Assembly (NCBI GenBank): GCA_030606485.1
Contig: JAUWGH010000009.1
Span: forward strand, 74,266 to 106,265
Reading direction: 5' to 3'
DNA length: 32,000 bases
Source: Promethearchaeota archaeon
Lineage (GTDB): Archaea > Asgardarchaeota > Lokiarchaeia > Sigyniarchaeales > SOKP01
Under the pieces are notes generated by a model. That model did not search any database, was not told the origin of the DNA, and saw only the letters and a list, made by a program, of their open reading frames with translations. The position numbers and the translations under genes are program-made. Shown one piece after another: positions 17,258 through 26,897 of the stretch; positions within the stretch are counted from its first letter, which is position 1; each line of letters opens with the position of its first letter.

Positions 17258-18463
17258 ATCTCGCAAGAATCAATAGTATATTGGGCTCCCCCATATGAAG
17301 TCGCTACATTAAGAAACACTGCTGAAAATATGGTAACAAATAATCTAGTAAAAACACGCCTAATTTTAGACAAAATATTGGATAACATCAATTCTGGAGA
17401 TAAAGTTGGAGTAAAAGTTCATGTTGGAGAAGCCTATAATACACGCTATTTGCGTCATGATTATGTACATGAGGTTGTTGATTTTATTAAATCAAAAGGA
17501 GGTATTCCTACGCTTATAGAAACCCAAGGTATTGGAATGAACGTCAAGCACTTAAATATCTCTGAAAATTACTCGATTCGTCTTGGATGCAGAAAAACTG
17601 CAACTGAACATAAAAAAACTGCTAATCTTCATGGATATAATGAGTCTTTAATCGGAGCTCCGCTAAAATTTATTGATGGGGAAAATGGAATTGATGGAAA
17701 AATTATTGAAATAGATGGTATTCACTTAAAAGATGTATCTGTTGCTGCAGGGCTTTTTGATTTTGATAAACTTGTTATTGTCTCGCATTTTAAGGGACAT
17801 CCCCAGGCAGGTTTTGGAGGTGCCTTGAAAAACCTTGGAATTGGCTGTATCACTAAGCGAAATAAGTTTCGAGCTCATTTTGATGGCGATCTAAAAGTTA
17901 ATCCCAAGAAATGCGATATATCAAAATGCAATCAAGAATGTGTTCAAGCCTGTCCGGTAGGGGCAATAAAGATAGTAAATGAAATTGCAGTTATCGATCC
18001 TTCTACTTGTATTGGTTGTTTTGGTTGTAAAGAAAAATGTCCTGTGAGAAAAGCAATAAAAAGTGCAGCATTGGCTAATTTCGATATATTCTGTGGCCGT
18101 GTAATTGATAATGCTAAGGCTGTTTTAACATCCTTTGGTAAAGAAAATATTCGTTGTATTAATTTTGCTTTAGAAATTACTCTCATGTGTGATTGTGTTG
18201 TAAATCCGAGTGTTCCTATTGTGCCCGATCTGGGTATTTTCGGATCAGTTGACCCTCTTGCAATAGATAAAGCTTGTGTTGACGCAGAAACTAATGCCCC
18301 TGGAATTCCAATCTTAAATGAAAATGGGCAATGGACAAAACCTACTGCCCCTGGAATCGAAAAATTTAATGCATTAAATAAGATGGTAAATGTTTCTTGG
18401 CAATTAGACGCTGCAGTTAAAGATAGAATCGGTAATATCGAATATGAATTAATAAAGATCTAA
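17258..18463 (+). CDS. DUF362 domain protein with inserted 2x[4Fe-4S] ferredoxin domain (start proposed at ATC 17258)
   Basis: VKVHVGE, SHFKGH...GFGGALKNLGIGC and CDC motifs. Fe-S motifs CDISKCNQECVQACPVGAI and CIGCFGCKEKCP. Frame is open upstream of ATG 17330 (SQESIVYWAPP...) back to TAA 17207. Start position is uncertain. Confidence 0.85.
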   Translation: MSQESIVYWAPPYEVATLRNTAENMVTNNLVKTRLILDKILDNINSGDKVGVKVHVGEAYNTRYLRHDYVHEVVDFIKSKGGIPTLIETQGIGMNVKHLNISENYSIRLGCRKTATEHKKTANLHGYNESLIGAPLKFIDGENGIDGKIIEIDGIHLKDVSVAAGLFDFDKLVIVSHFKGHPQAGFGGALKNLGIGCITKRNKFRAHFDGDLKVNPKKCDISKCNQECVQACPVGAIKIVNEIAVIDPSTCIGCFGCKEKCPVRKAIKSAALANFDIFCGRVIDNAKAVLTSFGKENIRCINFALEITLMCDCVVNPSVPIVPDLGIFGSVDPLAIDKACVDAETNAPGIPILNENGQWTKPTAPGIEKFNALNKMVNVSWQLDAAVKDRIGNIEYELIKI

Positions 18464-18664
18464 AAATTACGTAGAGAAATTCTCATTAAAATAAAATTAA
18501 ATTATTCCTCTTTTAAATTAGGAATTAAAATCATACAAATACTATTTTTAAAAATTTAAACGCTTAAAGTTCTGAAAAACTATAAAAAGATTTGGAAAGT
18601 TTCAATTATATATTTTAAATTAACCTTTTCTTATGAATTCAATTAACTTTAAAATGCTGTAATT

Positions 18665-19732
18665 ATGAAAGTTCCCCAATATTTGAATTTATATAAGCCC
18701 AAAATAAACGATTCAATAAAAAAAATATACGAAAACAAATTAAATGAAGTCCAAAATCCTTTTTTAAAGGAATATTATAATGAATTAATGGATTATTTTT
18801 TGGTTGGGGGTAAAAGATTAAGACCATTGGTTTGTATAGCCACATATAATGCTTTTAGCTCTGAAAGGGATGATAAAATAGTCTTTCCCAGTGTGGGAGT
18901 TGAATTTCTCCATAATGCTTCATTAATTCACGATGATATAATAGATAAGGATGATTTTAGGCGCAATAATCCTGCATTTCATTATAGATTCGAGCAGTAT
19001 CATTCCAGATTTAATTTAAAAAAGATGAATAAAGAAGATTTTGGTAATTCAATAGGAATTTTAGGTGGAGATTCAGCATTTTTTTTTGGATTAGAGGCGT
19101 TTTTCAATAGTGAGTTTGATAATGACCAGAATCTTAAAGCAATTCAATATTATGAAAACGCTTTTAAGGAGATATGTGATGGTGTATTAATTGAATTGGA
19201 TATGGTAAATAGGCAATCTATACCAATGAAGGATTATATTGAAATGATCTCATTAAAAACCGGTGCATTAATTGAAAAATCTATGTTGATTGGTGCAAAT
19301 TATGCTATGGTTGAGGATAAATATCTTCAAAATATCTCAAAATATGCTATTAATCTTGGAATTATCTTTCAAATGATCGATGATATATTAGGAACTTTTG
19401 GAGATGAAAAAATTACTGGAAAACCTACAAATGGAGATATAAGGGAAGGCAAGAAAACTTGTTTGTTGATAGATGCTCTTGAAAAATTAGATTACAATAA
19501 AAAAGAAAGGATCCTTGATTTAATTGGAAATCCTAATATAAGAGACGAGGAAGTTCAAGAAGTCAAGGATTTATTCCTTGAAGCTGAGGCCGTTTTTTCT
19601 TGTAAGAACATAGTGAATGATTATGCTAAAATTGCTAGGATTCAGCTTGAAGAGTTAATTCCTTATATTAATCAGTCTGAAGCAGAGTTTTTTGAAAATT
19701 TATTAAAATATGTTGTTGAGCGGAACTTCTAA
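18665..19732 (+). CDS. idsA: Trans-isoprenyl diphosphate synthase (GGPP synthase-like; product length uncertain)
   Basis: GGKRLRP, FARM HDDIIDKDDFRR, KTG, SARM FQMIDDILG, GDIREGKKT. Confidence 0.93.
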   Translation: MKVPQYLNLYKPKINDSIKKIYENKLNEVQNPFLKEYYNELMDYFLVGGKRLRPLVCIATYNAFSSERDDKIVFPSVGVEFLHNASLIHDDIIDKDDFRRNNPAFHYRFEQYHSRFNLKKMNKEDFGNSIGILGGDSAFFFGLEAFFNSEFDNDQNLKAIQYYENAFKEICDGVLIELDMVNRQSIPMKDYIEMISLKTGALIEKSMLIGANYAMVEDKYLQNISKYAINLGIIFQMIDDILGTFGDEKITGKPTNGDIREGKKTCLLIDALEKLDYNKKERILDLIGNPNIRDEEVQEVKDLFLEAEAVFSCKNIVNDYAKIARIQLEELIPYINQSEAEFFENLLKYVVERNF

Positions 19733-19738
19733 ACAGAA

Positions 19739-20821
19739 TTATTGATTTAACCACGGATATAATTTACTAAGAAAAATTCTTTTATTTATATTATTCTTTA
19801 ATTCATTTATATTCTTTAAATTCATCAACCATAAACAAGAACGTAATTCTCGTTTTATTGTTTTTATTTCATTTATAGTATTAATATTCGTTTTATTTTG
19901 GTAATCTTTCCATGCAGTTAAGAGGAAATTATAAGCAAACCCTCCAATATCTGCACCTAATGCAATGGATTTAGCAACATCAGCTCCAGTTCTCAACCCA
20001 CCAGTCGCAATAATAATCTTATTTGAAACTTTCCTTACATTAATTACACTTACAGGAGTAGGTATTCCCCAATCCCTGAAAAGCTCTGCTGGGTCACGTG
20101 AATATTTTTCATTAATAAAATTTTTTCGCTTAGATTCAATTGCAGCAAAACTTGTTCCACCAAATCCTCCTACATCAAAACCATCAAATCCAAGGTTTTC
20201 AAGAATTAAAGCCATTTCTTGACTGATTCCTGTTCCAACTTCTTTTGCTATTATTGGAATCTTAATTTTTTCTCTTATTTTTTGAAAATTTGAACGGAAT
20301 AAACTATATGAAATATTACCCTTATCCTGAACTAATTCATGCAATGCATTGAAATGTATTGCCATTACGTCAGCTTTAATCATATCAATGCATTTATTAA
20401 AATTTTCAATATTGAAATTTTTCTCACTTATTTGACCAATACCAATATTTCCAATCAGTGGAATATTAGGCGCAACTTCTCGAACCACTTTAAATGAGTT
20501 CTCTGTTGACAGATCTTCTAATCCAGCGCGTTGACTCCCTACTCCCATAATAATCTTCTCTGACTCTGCGGCTGTAGCAAGAATTCTATTGATTTCTTTA
20601 GAAATCTTGTGCCCACCAGTTATAGCAGCAATACATATGGGTGCCGATATTTGTTTATTAAAAAATTTTGTAGTTAAATCAATATCTTCAAAATTTACCT
20701 CAGGGAGAGAATGATGCATCAATTTAATATATTTGAAGTAATTTTCAGAATGTTGAACATCAAATTCAATTGGGATTTTTAGATGATCCAGTTTTCTCTT
20801 ATTTATATCATTTTCATTCAT
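19739..20821 (-). CDS. fni: Type 2 (FMN-dependent) isopentenyl-diphosphate delta-isomerase
   Basis: RKLDH, TGG, GVGSQR, GNIG, KEVGTG, DVGGFGGTSFAAIE, WGIPT, ATGGLRTG. Confidence 0.95.
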   Translation of the reverse strand: MNENDINKRKLDHLKIPIEFDVQHSENYFKYIKLMHHSLPEVNFEDIDLTTKFFNKQISAPICIAAITGGHKISKEINRILATAAESEKIIMGVGSQRAGLEDLSTENSFKVVREVAPNIPLIGNIGIGQISEKNFNIENFNKCIDMIKADVMAIHFNALHELVQDKGNISYSLFRSNFQKIREKIKIPIIAKEVGTGISQEMALILENLGFDGFDVGGFGGTSFAAIESKRKNFINEKYSRDPAELFRDWGIPTPVSVINVRKVSNKIIIATGGLRTGADVAKSIALGADIGGFAYNFLLTAWKDYQNKTNINTINEIKTIKRELRSCLWLMNLKNINELKNNINKRIFLSKLYPWLNQ

Positions 20822-20831
20822 AATTCTTTGC

Positions 20832-21641
20832 TCATTTTATTGTGGTTGAAATTATATCTTGATTTTTTAATGCTTTAAGTATAAATTCATCTTTTAAACC
20901 ATTTATTATTTGAACGGGAATATTTTGTTGACAAATTTGTTTGATTTTATTAATTTTACCTTTAATTCCGCCTGTTACATCGATTTTACTTTCTAAATCA
21001 GCTATTTCAATTATATCTAAATCTTCAAATTTCAATTCTGTCGCTAGTTTTATATAAAATTTGTCATTATCTCTTTCTCTGATAAATAATCCATCTTTTT
21101 CAATAGCAAAAATAACCTTAGAGATATTATAATTTTTAATTTTCTTACATAATTCCACGATGATTTGGTCCCCTGAAATAATTGAGAATGACCCCTTTGA
21201 ATCAAGGATTATATCTCCATACAAAATAGGTAAAATATCAAGATCTAAGGCAGTTTCAATAACATTAATCGATTGAGTTGAGATATTTTGAGAATCTTTG
21301 ATGAAAATACTGGAAGCTTGAATTGATAATGCAGGATATTTTTTTTCTAAAAATAGATTAATTAAATAGGAATTGAATTTATTCATTGATTGGTGAGTTT
21401 CAGTAAGTCCAAGAATTTGATTTGGAATAGATGCATTTATACCATTTGAAAGGCTATATTTTTTAGCAAGAGGATGGCCAAACGAACCTCCTCCATGAAT
21501 TAATATTAATTTTTCATTAGCATCTATAATTTGTTGAACTGCGCTTTTAACAACATTTTTTCTAATAGAAAAGGGTTTATTTTTATTAGTTAATAAACTT
21601 CCACCCAACTTTAATAGATAAATTTTATTACTGTTATTCAA
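20832..21641 (-). CDS. ipk: Isopentenyl phosphate kinase
   Basis: Amino-acid-kinase fold: LKLGGSLLTNK, IHGGGSFGH (IPK His), SGD, DVTGGI. Operon context. TTG start. Confidence 0.93.
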   Translation of the reverse strand: MNNSNKIYLLKLGGSLLTNKNKPFSIRKNVVKSAVQQIIDANEKLILIHGGGSFGHPLAKKYSLSNGINASIPNQILGLTETHQSMNKFNSYLINLFLEKKYPALSIQASSIFIKDSQNISTQSINVIETALDLDILPILYGDIILDSKGSFSIISGDQIIVELCKKIKNYNISKVIFAIEKDGLFIRERDNDKFYIKLATELKFEDLDIIEIADLESKIDVTGGIKGKINKIKQICQQNIPVQIINGLKDEFILKALKNQDIISTTIK

Positions 21642-21653
21642 TTTAAATCAATC

Positions 21654-22589
21654 TCATCCAATTATGGTTTTCCAGGCATCATAACCCTCTTTTTCGATTG
21701 CCTTGGCTATTTTTTCTTGTATTTCTTTATTTTCAGCTAAAGCAATTACTAAACCACCACGCCCGGTTCCTGTCATTTTAGCTCCAATCGCTCCATTTTT
21801 TAACGCTATTTGAACTAATTTATCATTTATTTCTCCTGAAACCGTAATTTCTTGGAGTAATTTGTGGTTTTGATTCATTAAATTACCTATAGAAATAATA
21901 TTTCCTTCAAGTAAGGCCATTTTTGCTTTATCTGCTATTTCTTTATATTCCTTAAAAATTTTCTCAAATTTATTAGGATTTTCATCTTTTAAACGCCGAA
22001 CATCAGCAACTACTTCTGCTGTAGAGGCAGTTATTCCTGAATTTGCGATTATTAAAATCATTTTTATTGGTGATTGCAAGAGATCCATAGTATTTTTCCC
22101 ACCACTCAAGTTTTTCACAAACCAAATCAATCCTCCATAAGTTGAGGCGGTATTGTCAATACCAGAAGGAGTTCCGTGATATGCTTTCTCTCCTTCATAC
22201 GCAGCTTCATTTATCTTTTCATCGTCCAAATTTAGATTAAAGCTGTCATTTAAGGCTCGAGCTAGTGATGTACATTGAGCCGCTGAAGCACCAACTCCAC
22301 TCGCAGCAATTAAATCTCCAGCAAAAGTTATTTCAAGTTTTTGACTATCTGTATCAATTTTTAGATACTCTAATACATTTTTAATGGATTGTTGTGCTTC
22401 ATCAAATTTCTTTATTTTATAACCTGGCGTTTCAGGTCTCTGATCATCAACAATCCATCCTTTGCCTTCGATAATTTTAATATTAGCAGTCGTAGAAGAA
22501 CCTAATGCTGATGCGATTGCTGAAAACCCATAAATAACAAAATGTTCACCAAATAAAATTGTTTTTCCATAACCTTTACCAAATCCCAT
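21654..22589 (-). CDS. mvk: Mevalonate kinase
   Basis: GKTILFGEHFVIYG, GVGASAA GHMP loop, HGTPSGIDN, GAKMTGTGRGG. Confidence 0.95.
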   Translation of the reverse strand: MGFGKGYGKTILFGEHFVIYGFSAIASALGSSTTANIKIIEGKGWIVDDQRPETPGYKIKKFDEAQQSIKNVLEYLKIDTDSQKLEITFAGDLIAASGVGASAAQCTSLARALNDSFNLNLDDEKINEAAYEGEKAYHGTPSGIDNTASTYGGLIWFVKNLSGGKNTMDLLQSPIKMILIIANSGITASTAEVVADVRRLKDENPNKFEKIFKEYKEIADKAKMALLEGNIISIGNLMNQNHKLLQEITVSGEINDKLVQIALKNGAIGAKMTGTGRGGLVIALAENKEIQEKIAKAIEKEGYDAWKTIIG

Positions 22590-22604
22590 TAGTTTTACCC
22601 CATT

Positions 22605-22994
22605 TTATTTTATCTCTACAGTTCCTTCTGAACCATTAACAATGATTTTTTGTCCAGTTTTAATATTATTAATATCAATTTTGTCCACACAAGGAATTTC
22701 ACTAATTATACAACCTACCGCTATTATCGTGTCAATTTGTTCATTTACTATTGCAGCTGGAGCAGTATTCTTTTTCTTCATCCGATACATCGTATAGGAA
22801 CCTACTGTTGAACCTTTTCCGGTAGGAAAAACTAACACTTTTCCAGTTATTGATTGACCCTCTAATTCATGTCCAACTTCAACCACCTTACCTGTATCAG
22901 GGTCAACGCCTCCATAAAATGAAATTCCATCTTTAGTTACAATCGCCTCTGCTTCTACTATTCCCTTATAAATCTTTCTCCCCTCTAACTTCAT
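22605..22994 (-). CDS. Phosphomevalonate dehydratase small subunit (AcnX swivel domain, DUF126)
   Basis: GKVLVFPTGKGSTVGSY with the catalytic Ser. ATGA overlap with the large subunit gene. GGAGG RBS. Confidence 0.92.
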   Translation of the reverse strand: MKLEGRKIYKGIVEAEAIVTKDGISFYGGVDPDTGKVVEVGHELEGQSITGKVLVFPTGKGSTVGSYTMYRMKKKNTAPAAIVNEQIDTIIAVGCIISEIPCVDKIDINNIKTGQKIIVNGSEGTVEIK

Positions 22995-24190
22995 ATTGTC
23001 GCCTCCTTAACACATTCTTTAATCGTTCCAATTTTTACTTTAAATTTATTCTTAGCGCGGCCATAATAACACGCTTTTGCTGAATCTACCATTATTCCCT
23101 TGAAGCGTCCTTTAATTGGAGCTACAACACAGCAAGTATCTGCTGCGAATTTTGCTCCAGCATCTTCAATTATTTTAGAATAGCCAGCTTCATCAGCGAT
23201 TCTTTTTGTAGGTCGAGCAGTAGTAATCCAAAATTCTTTATTTACTTTATTACCTTTCAATAAACTTGCAATTGTTGCTATTTCGTGAATTGAAGCGTGA
23301 GGACACCCGATACTAACGAAATCAATTTCAATATCATCATCAATAAGATCAGAACGAGTTTTATTAAGGTTATCCTGATTAATTTCAAAAATATCATCTC
23401 TTGGTTTAGGATACATATTATATTCTGGGGTTATGCCTTCCATATGAAATAATGCTGTACCTCCATAAGTAGCCACTGAAGCGCAGAATGATTTAAGTTC
23501 CTCAACTGTTGCTGAAGAAATTCCAGTAATATAAGGTATTTTCTTTCCTAATTCAACCAATTTATCACCAATTATTTTTCCTAACACGCCAAATTCATCT
23601 GTACCTTTCACTGGAACCTTAACTTCAATTAAAACCTGTCCATGACGATTTTTATCTAGATGATAACCATATTTTGGTGTTTTTCCAGTTAAAGCAGCAG
23701 CTAGTGCACTTGGACCACCTTCACGATTTGTTCGAGCACCAATAACAGAATTTGAATAGCAAACAGCACTACTCTCGGCCCAAGCAATATGCTGACCAAA
23801 ATGTGGGGCGTTTCCTATTAAATATGGTGTACAAGAACATGTTGTAATTATTCCCATTTTTGCAAAGGTATCTATAGCACGGTTTTGATTAATAGCAAAT
23901 TCTTTTTCAATTCCTAAAGCTTGCCAATTTTCTCGGTCCATTCCGGCTGGATTTAAAGTTGTTAAGACCCTAACCTTTCCATCTTCTGCCATCTCACCTA
24001 AAAATTCTAGACCTGCTTCCCCTAAATTTGCATAAGAAACTCCTGCTATTTGCACGCTATAAACCTCAATCATACATTCTGCATCGAATATCTCACCTAA
24101 TGTGGTTAATATCTCCATGGATTTTTGAGTTGATCTTCCTTGCTTGCCATCCAACATATCTTTTTCTTCTGATGTTAATTTCAATCTCAT
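22991..24190 (-). CDS. Phosphomevalonate dehydratase large subunit (AcnX catalytic domain, DUF521)
   Basis: TCSCTPY, WAESSA, NSVIGARTNREG, IGCPH and DTCCVV motifs. Flanked by mvk and a UbiD gene. Confidence 0.92.
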   Translation of the reverse strand: MRLKLTSEEKDMLDGKQGRSTQKSMEILTTLGEIFDAECMIEVYSVQIAGVSYANLGEAGLEFLGEMAEDGKVRVLTTLNPAGMDRENWQALGIEKEFAINQNRAIDTFAKMGIITTCSCTPYLIGNAPHFGQHIAWAESSAVCYSNSVIGARTNREGGPSALAAALTGKTPKYGYHLDKNRHGQVLIEVKVPVKGTDEFGVLGKIIGDKLVELGKKIPYITGISSATVEELKSFCASVATYGGTALFHMEGITPEYNMYPKPRDDIFEINQDNLNKTRSDLIDDDIEIDFVSIGCPHASIHEIATIASLLKGNKVNKEFWITTARPTKRIADEAGYSKIIEDAGAKFAADTCCVVAPIKGRFKGIMVDSAKACYYGRAKNKFKVKIGTIKECVKEATI

Positions 24191-24203
24191 CGACTTCTAT
24201 ATA

Positions 24204-25505
24204 TTAAAAATATTTATTTATGTCTACTTTAGGGAAATTTGCTTTATTATAACTCTTTCCTTTAGCTACAAGTGGTTTTGTCAAATCAAAACCAATTTTT
24301 GTAGTCATTTTTGTACCAGGTTCAGCACTAGGATCTAGACTACTTCCTGGTTCTTTATCTTTAATGATCATCCGTGTATCCCCTTGAAAGCGAGTTGCCA
24401 TTGCCCATTCTACAAACAGAGGGTTATAAATATTAATATCCTTATCAACAATAAAAACATGTTTGCAGCTTTTATGACCAGTAAAAGCTTCTTCTATTGC
24501 CATTTTGCCATCTTCTTCTGTTTTTTTATCAATTTGGATGATTGCATGTAACCAGGAACATCCACCAGGATTAATATTTACATCCAAGCATTTCACTCCT
24601 GCTTCATTTATTTTTTTGAAAATAGTTGGTTCTCGTGGCATTCCCATTAATATTTTATGCTCAAGCGCCCCTGGTAATAAAGCTTGCCAAATTGCCTTCT
24701 TTCTATGAGTGATTTTTTTGACTTCAAAAACAGGTTCTTCCCTAATCACGTCATAAGTTTCTGTTAAATCGACAAATGGCCCTTCAGAGTGTTTTTTTTC
24801 CATATAAACGCGACCTTCTAAAACAAATTCTGTTTCTGCAGGAATTAAAAGATCTACTGAATTTGCTTTAACAACTTTAATGGGTTCTAATGCATTTGCT
24901 ATTTGTAATTCATCAACTCCAATATCTACAGAAGTCGCTCCAGCAATTAGAATGTTAGGAGTATTTCCAATACAAAATGCTACATCTAATTCAGCGTTTT
25001 TTTCCAAAAATTTATGAAAATGACGACCACTAACTATTCGAGTAGCAAATTTTTCTTTAGAAAATTGCATTGCTCGATGAAAATCCATATTTTGTCCATA
25101 ATCTGGATCTCTAGTAATAACAACAGCAGAACTGATATAATTCCCACCATCTTTTTCACAATGGAATAAAATTGGAAGTTTATCTAAATCAACGTTCGAT
25201 TCAATTACTTCTTGACAAGGAGCGTTTGAAACAATCTCTGGTTCCGAACGTTCAGATATTGCTTTTGAAAGCAATGGTATGAGATCTACTGGAGTCACGC
25301 CGAAATATGAAGCAATTACATTCTTGGTACAAAATATATTACCAACCACTCGAAATTCCGATTCTTTAACATTATTAAACATTACTGGGGTTGGTTCAAT
25401 CTCTTTTAAAATTCCAGAGATCTCTAATTTCTTCGATACTTCAACATCTACCTTTCGAAGAAGACCTTTCTCATCAATTTGATTTATATATTCTCTAAAT
25501 CCCAT
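24204..25505 (-). CDS. UbiD-family decarboxylase, probable trans-anhydromevalonate 5-phosphate decarboxylase
   Basis: EGPFVDLTETYD, GGCSWLHAIIQI, VDxDINI...VEWAMATRFQ, SSLDPS, KIGFDLT motifs. Adjacent to the AcnX pair. ATG 25505 preferred over TTG 25514. Confidence 0.88.
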   Translation of the reverse strand: MGFREYINQIDEKGLLRKVDVEVSKKLEISGILKEIEPTPVMFNNVKESEFRVVGNIFCTKNVIASYFGVTPVDLIPLLSKAISERSEPEIVSNAPCQEVIESNVDLDKLPILFHCEKDGGNYISSAVVITRDPDYGQNMDFHRAMQFSKEKFATRIVSGRHFHKFLEKNAELDVAFCIGNTPNILIAGATSVDIGVDELQIANALEPIKVVKANSVDLLIPAETEFVLEGRVYMEKKHSEGPFVDLTETYDVIREEPVFEVKKITHRKKAIWQALLPGALEHKILMGMPREPTIFKKINEAGVKCLDVNINPGGCSWLHAIIQIDKKTEEDGKMAIEEAFTGHKSCKHVFIVDKDINIYNPLFVEWAMATRFQGDTRMIIKDKEPGSSLDPSAEPGTKMTTKIGFDLTKPLVAKGKSYNKANFPKVDINKYF

Positions 25506-25599
25506 AAATTTCAATCATCTCAAAGCCTTATTATTAATAATACAATTATCTACATTATTGTTTTTTTTAAGAAAACTTACATGAATAAATTTTAAAAAA

Positions 25600-26880
25600 C
25601 TAAAGGTTTTCACTATCAATTATTTTTTTAAAAATTTCTTTCGCATAATCAACTCTAATTTTTTTATCTTCCACCAATTTTTTTGCAACTTTTTCTATTA
25701 ATTCTTCAGGTACTCCCGCTAGTTTTGCAATATTTCTTGAATGTAGGGACATATGTCCTTTTTGAATTCCTTCTGAAGCTAAAGCTCTTAGAGCAGCTAC
25801 ATTTTGAGCCAAACCGAGAGCGGCTGCTACTTGAGAAAGCTCATTAGCACTTTTAATATTTAAAATTTTTAACGCTAATCGTGCCATAGGATGTATTTTA
25901 GTCATTCCACCTATAATGCCAAGAGCAAGAGGTATTTCTATTTCTCCTGCTAAGTTCCCATCTGAATCAACTTGAAATTTTGTCAATGGAGAATAATGTC
26001 CACTTAATGCTGCAAATGCATGAGCCCCAGCTTCAATAGCGCGCGTATCATTTCCTGTAGCCATAGTTAAAGCTACAATCCCGTTCATTATACCTTTATT
26101 ATGGGTTGTTGCTCTGAAAGGATCAGCGAGTGCAAATTCATAGGCATTTATTATACCCTCAACTACATTATCTCCACCTAATAACTCTTTATTAAAAACA
26201 GCTTTACACCTTGCAAGACGATGTATAGCTAAGTTAGAAACAATTCTAAGAAAAACTTCTCCCTCACAAATTTCTTCAATATAAGGCGCTACAGCTTCTG
26301 CCATTGTATTTACTACATTGGCACCCATTGCATCTAAAACATCTACTAATAAATGGACAATCAGCATAGTACCTTTTCTTGTTGATATTTCATGAATTTC
26401 AAGATCAAATGCCCCCCCTTTTAAACTTGTTAAAATTGGATCTTGTTCATTCGCGATTTTTAAAATTTTATCCTTATTTTTCTCAATATTTTCTTTTGCA
26501 ATATTCATATTTTTTACATTAGTAACTTGTATCTGAGAAAACATTATTGATCTAATTTTTTCAGAATAGAATCCACCATTTTTTCTCGCAATTTTTGCAG
26601 CATTTGAAGCCGCAGCTACGACAGAAGGCTCTTCAATTACCATTGGTATTAAATAATCTTTATTATTAATTTTAAAATTGCAAGCAATACCCATTGGTAA
26701 ATGGTAACTCCCTATAACATTTTCTATTAATGTATCTAGTTGAGAAGGAGAAATATATCCATAATTTTTTAACAACTTGAGTTCTTCTCTATTAAGATTA
26801 ACAAGTTTAGTTATTACTTGTTGACGTTCATCAATTGATAATTTATAAAATCCAGGAATATTAGAGTTGATATCATTCAT
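25600..26880 (-). CDS. mvaA: Class II HMG-CoA reductase
   Basis: IENVIG, EEPSVVAAAS, DAMGAN, THNKGIMNG, NDTRAIEAGAHA, QKGHMSLH: class II signatures. Confidence 0.95.
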   Translation of the reverse strand: MNDINSNIPGFYKLSIDERQQVITKLVNLNREELKLLKNYGYISPSQLDTLIENVIGSYHLPMGIACNFKINNKDYLIPMVIEEPSVVAAASNAAKIARKNGGFYSEKIRSIMFSQIQVTNVKNMNIAKENIEKNKDKILKIANEQDPILTSLKGGAFDLEIHEISTRKGTMLIVHLLVDVLDAMGANVVNTMAEAVAPYIEEICEGEVFLRIVSNLAIHRLARCKAVFNKELLGGDNVVEGIINAYEFALADPFRATTHNKGIMNGIVALTMATGNDTRAIEAGAHAFAALSGHYSPLTKFQVDSDGNLAGEIEIPLALGIIGGMTKIHPMARLALKILNIKSANELSQVAAALGLAQNVAALRALASEGIQKGHMSLHSRNIAKLAGVPEELIEKVAKKLVEDKKIRVDYAKEIFKKIIDSENL

Positions 26881-26897
26881 TATTTTACATACATTAT

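Noticed and set aside
24204-25505. UbiD as a quinone or aromatic-acid decarboxylase
   Set aside because: Direct adjacency to the AcnX pair inside a mevalonate operon favours the anhydromevalonate phosphate role, though this is not proven.
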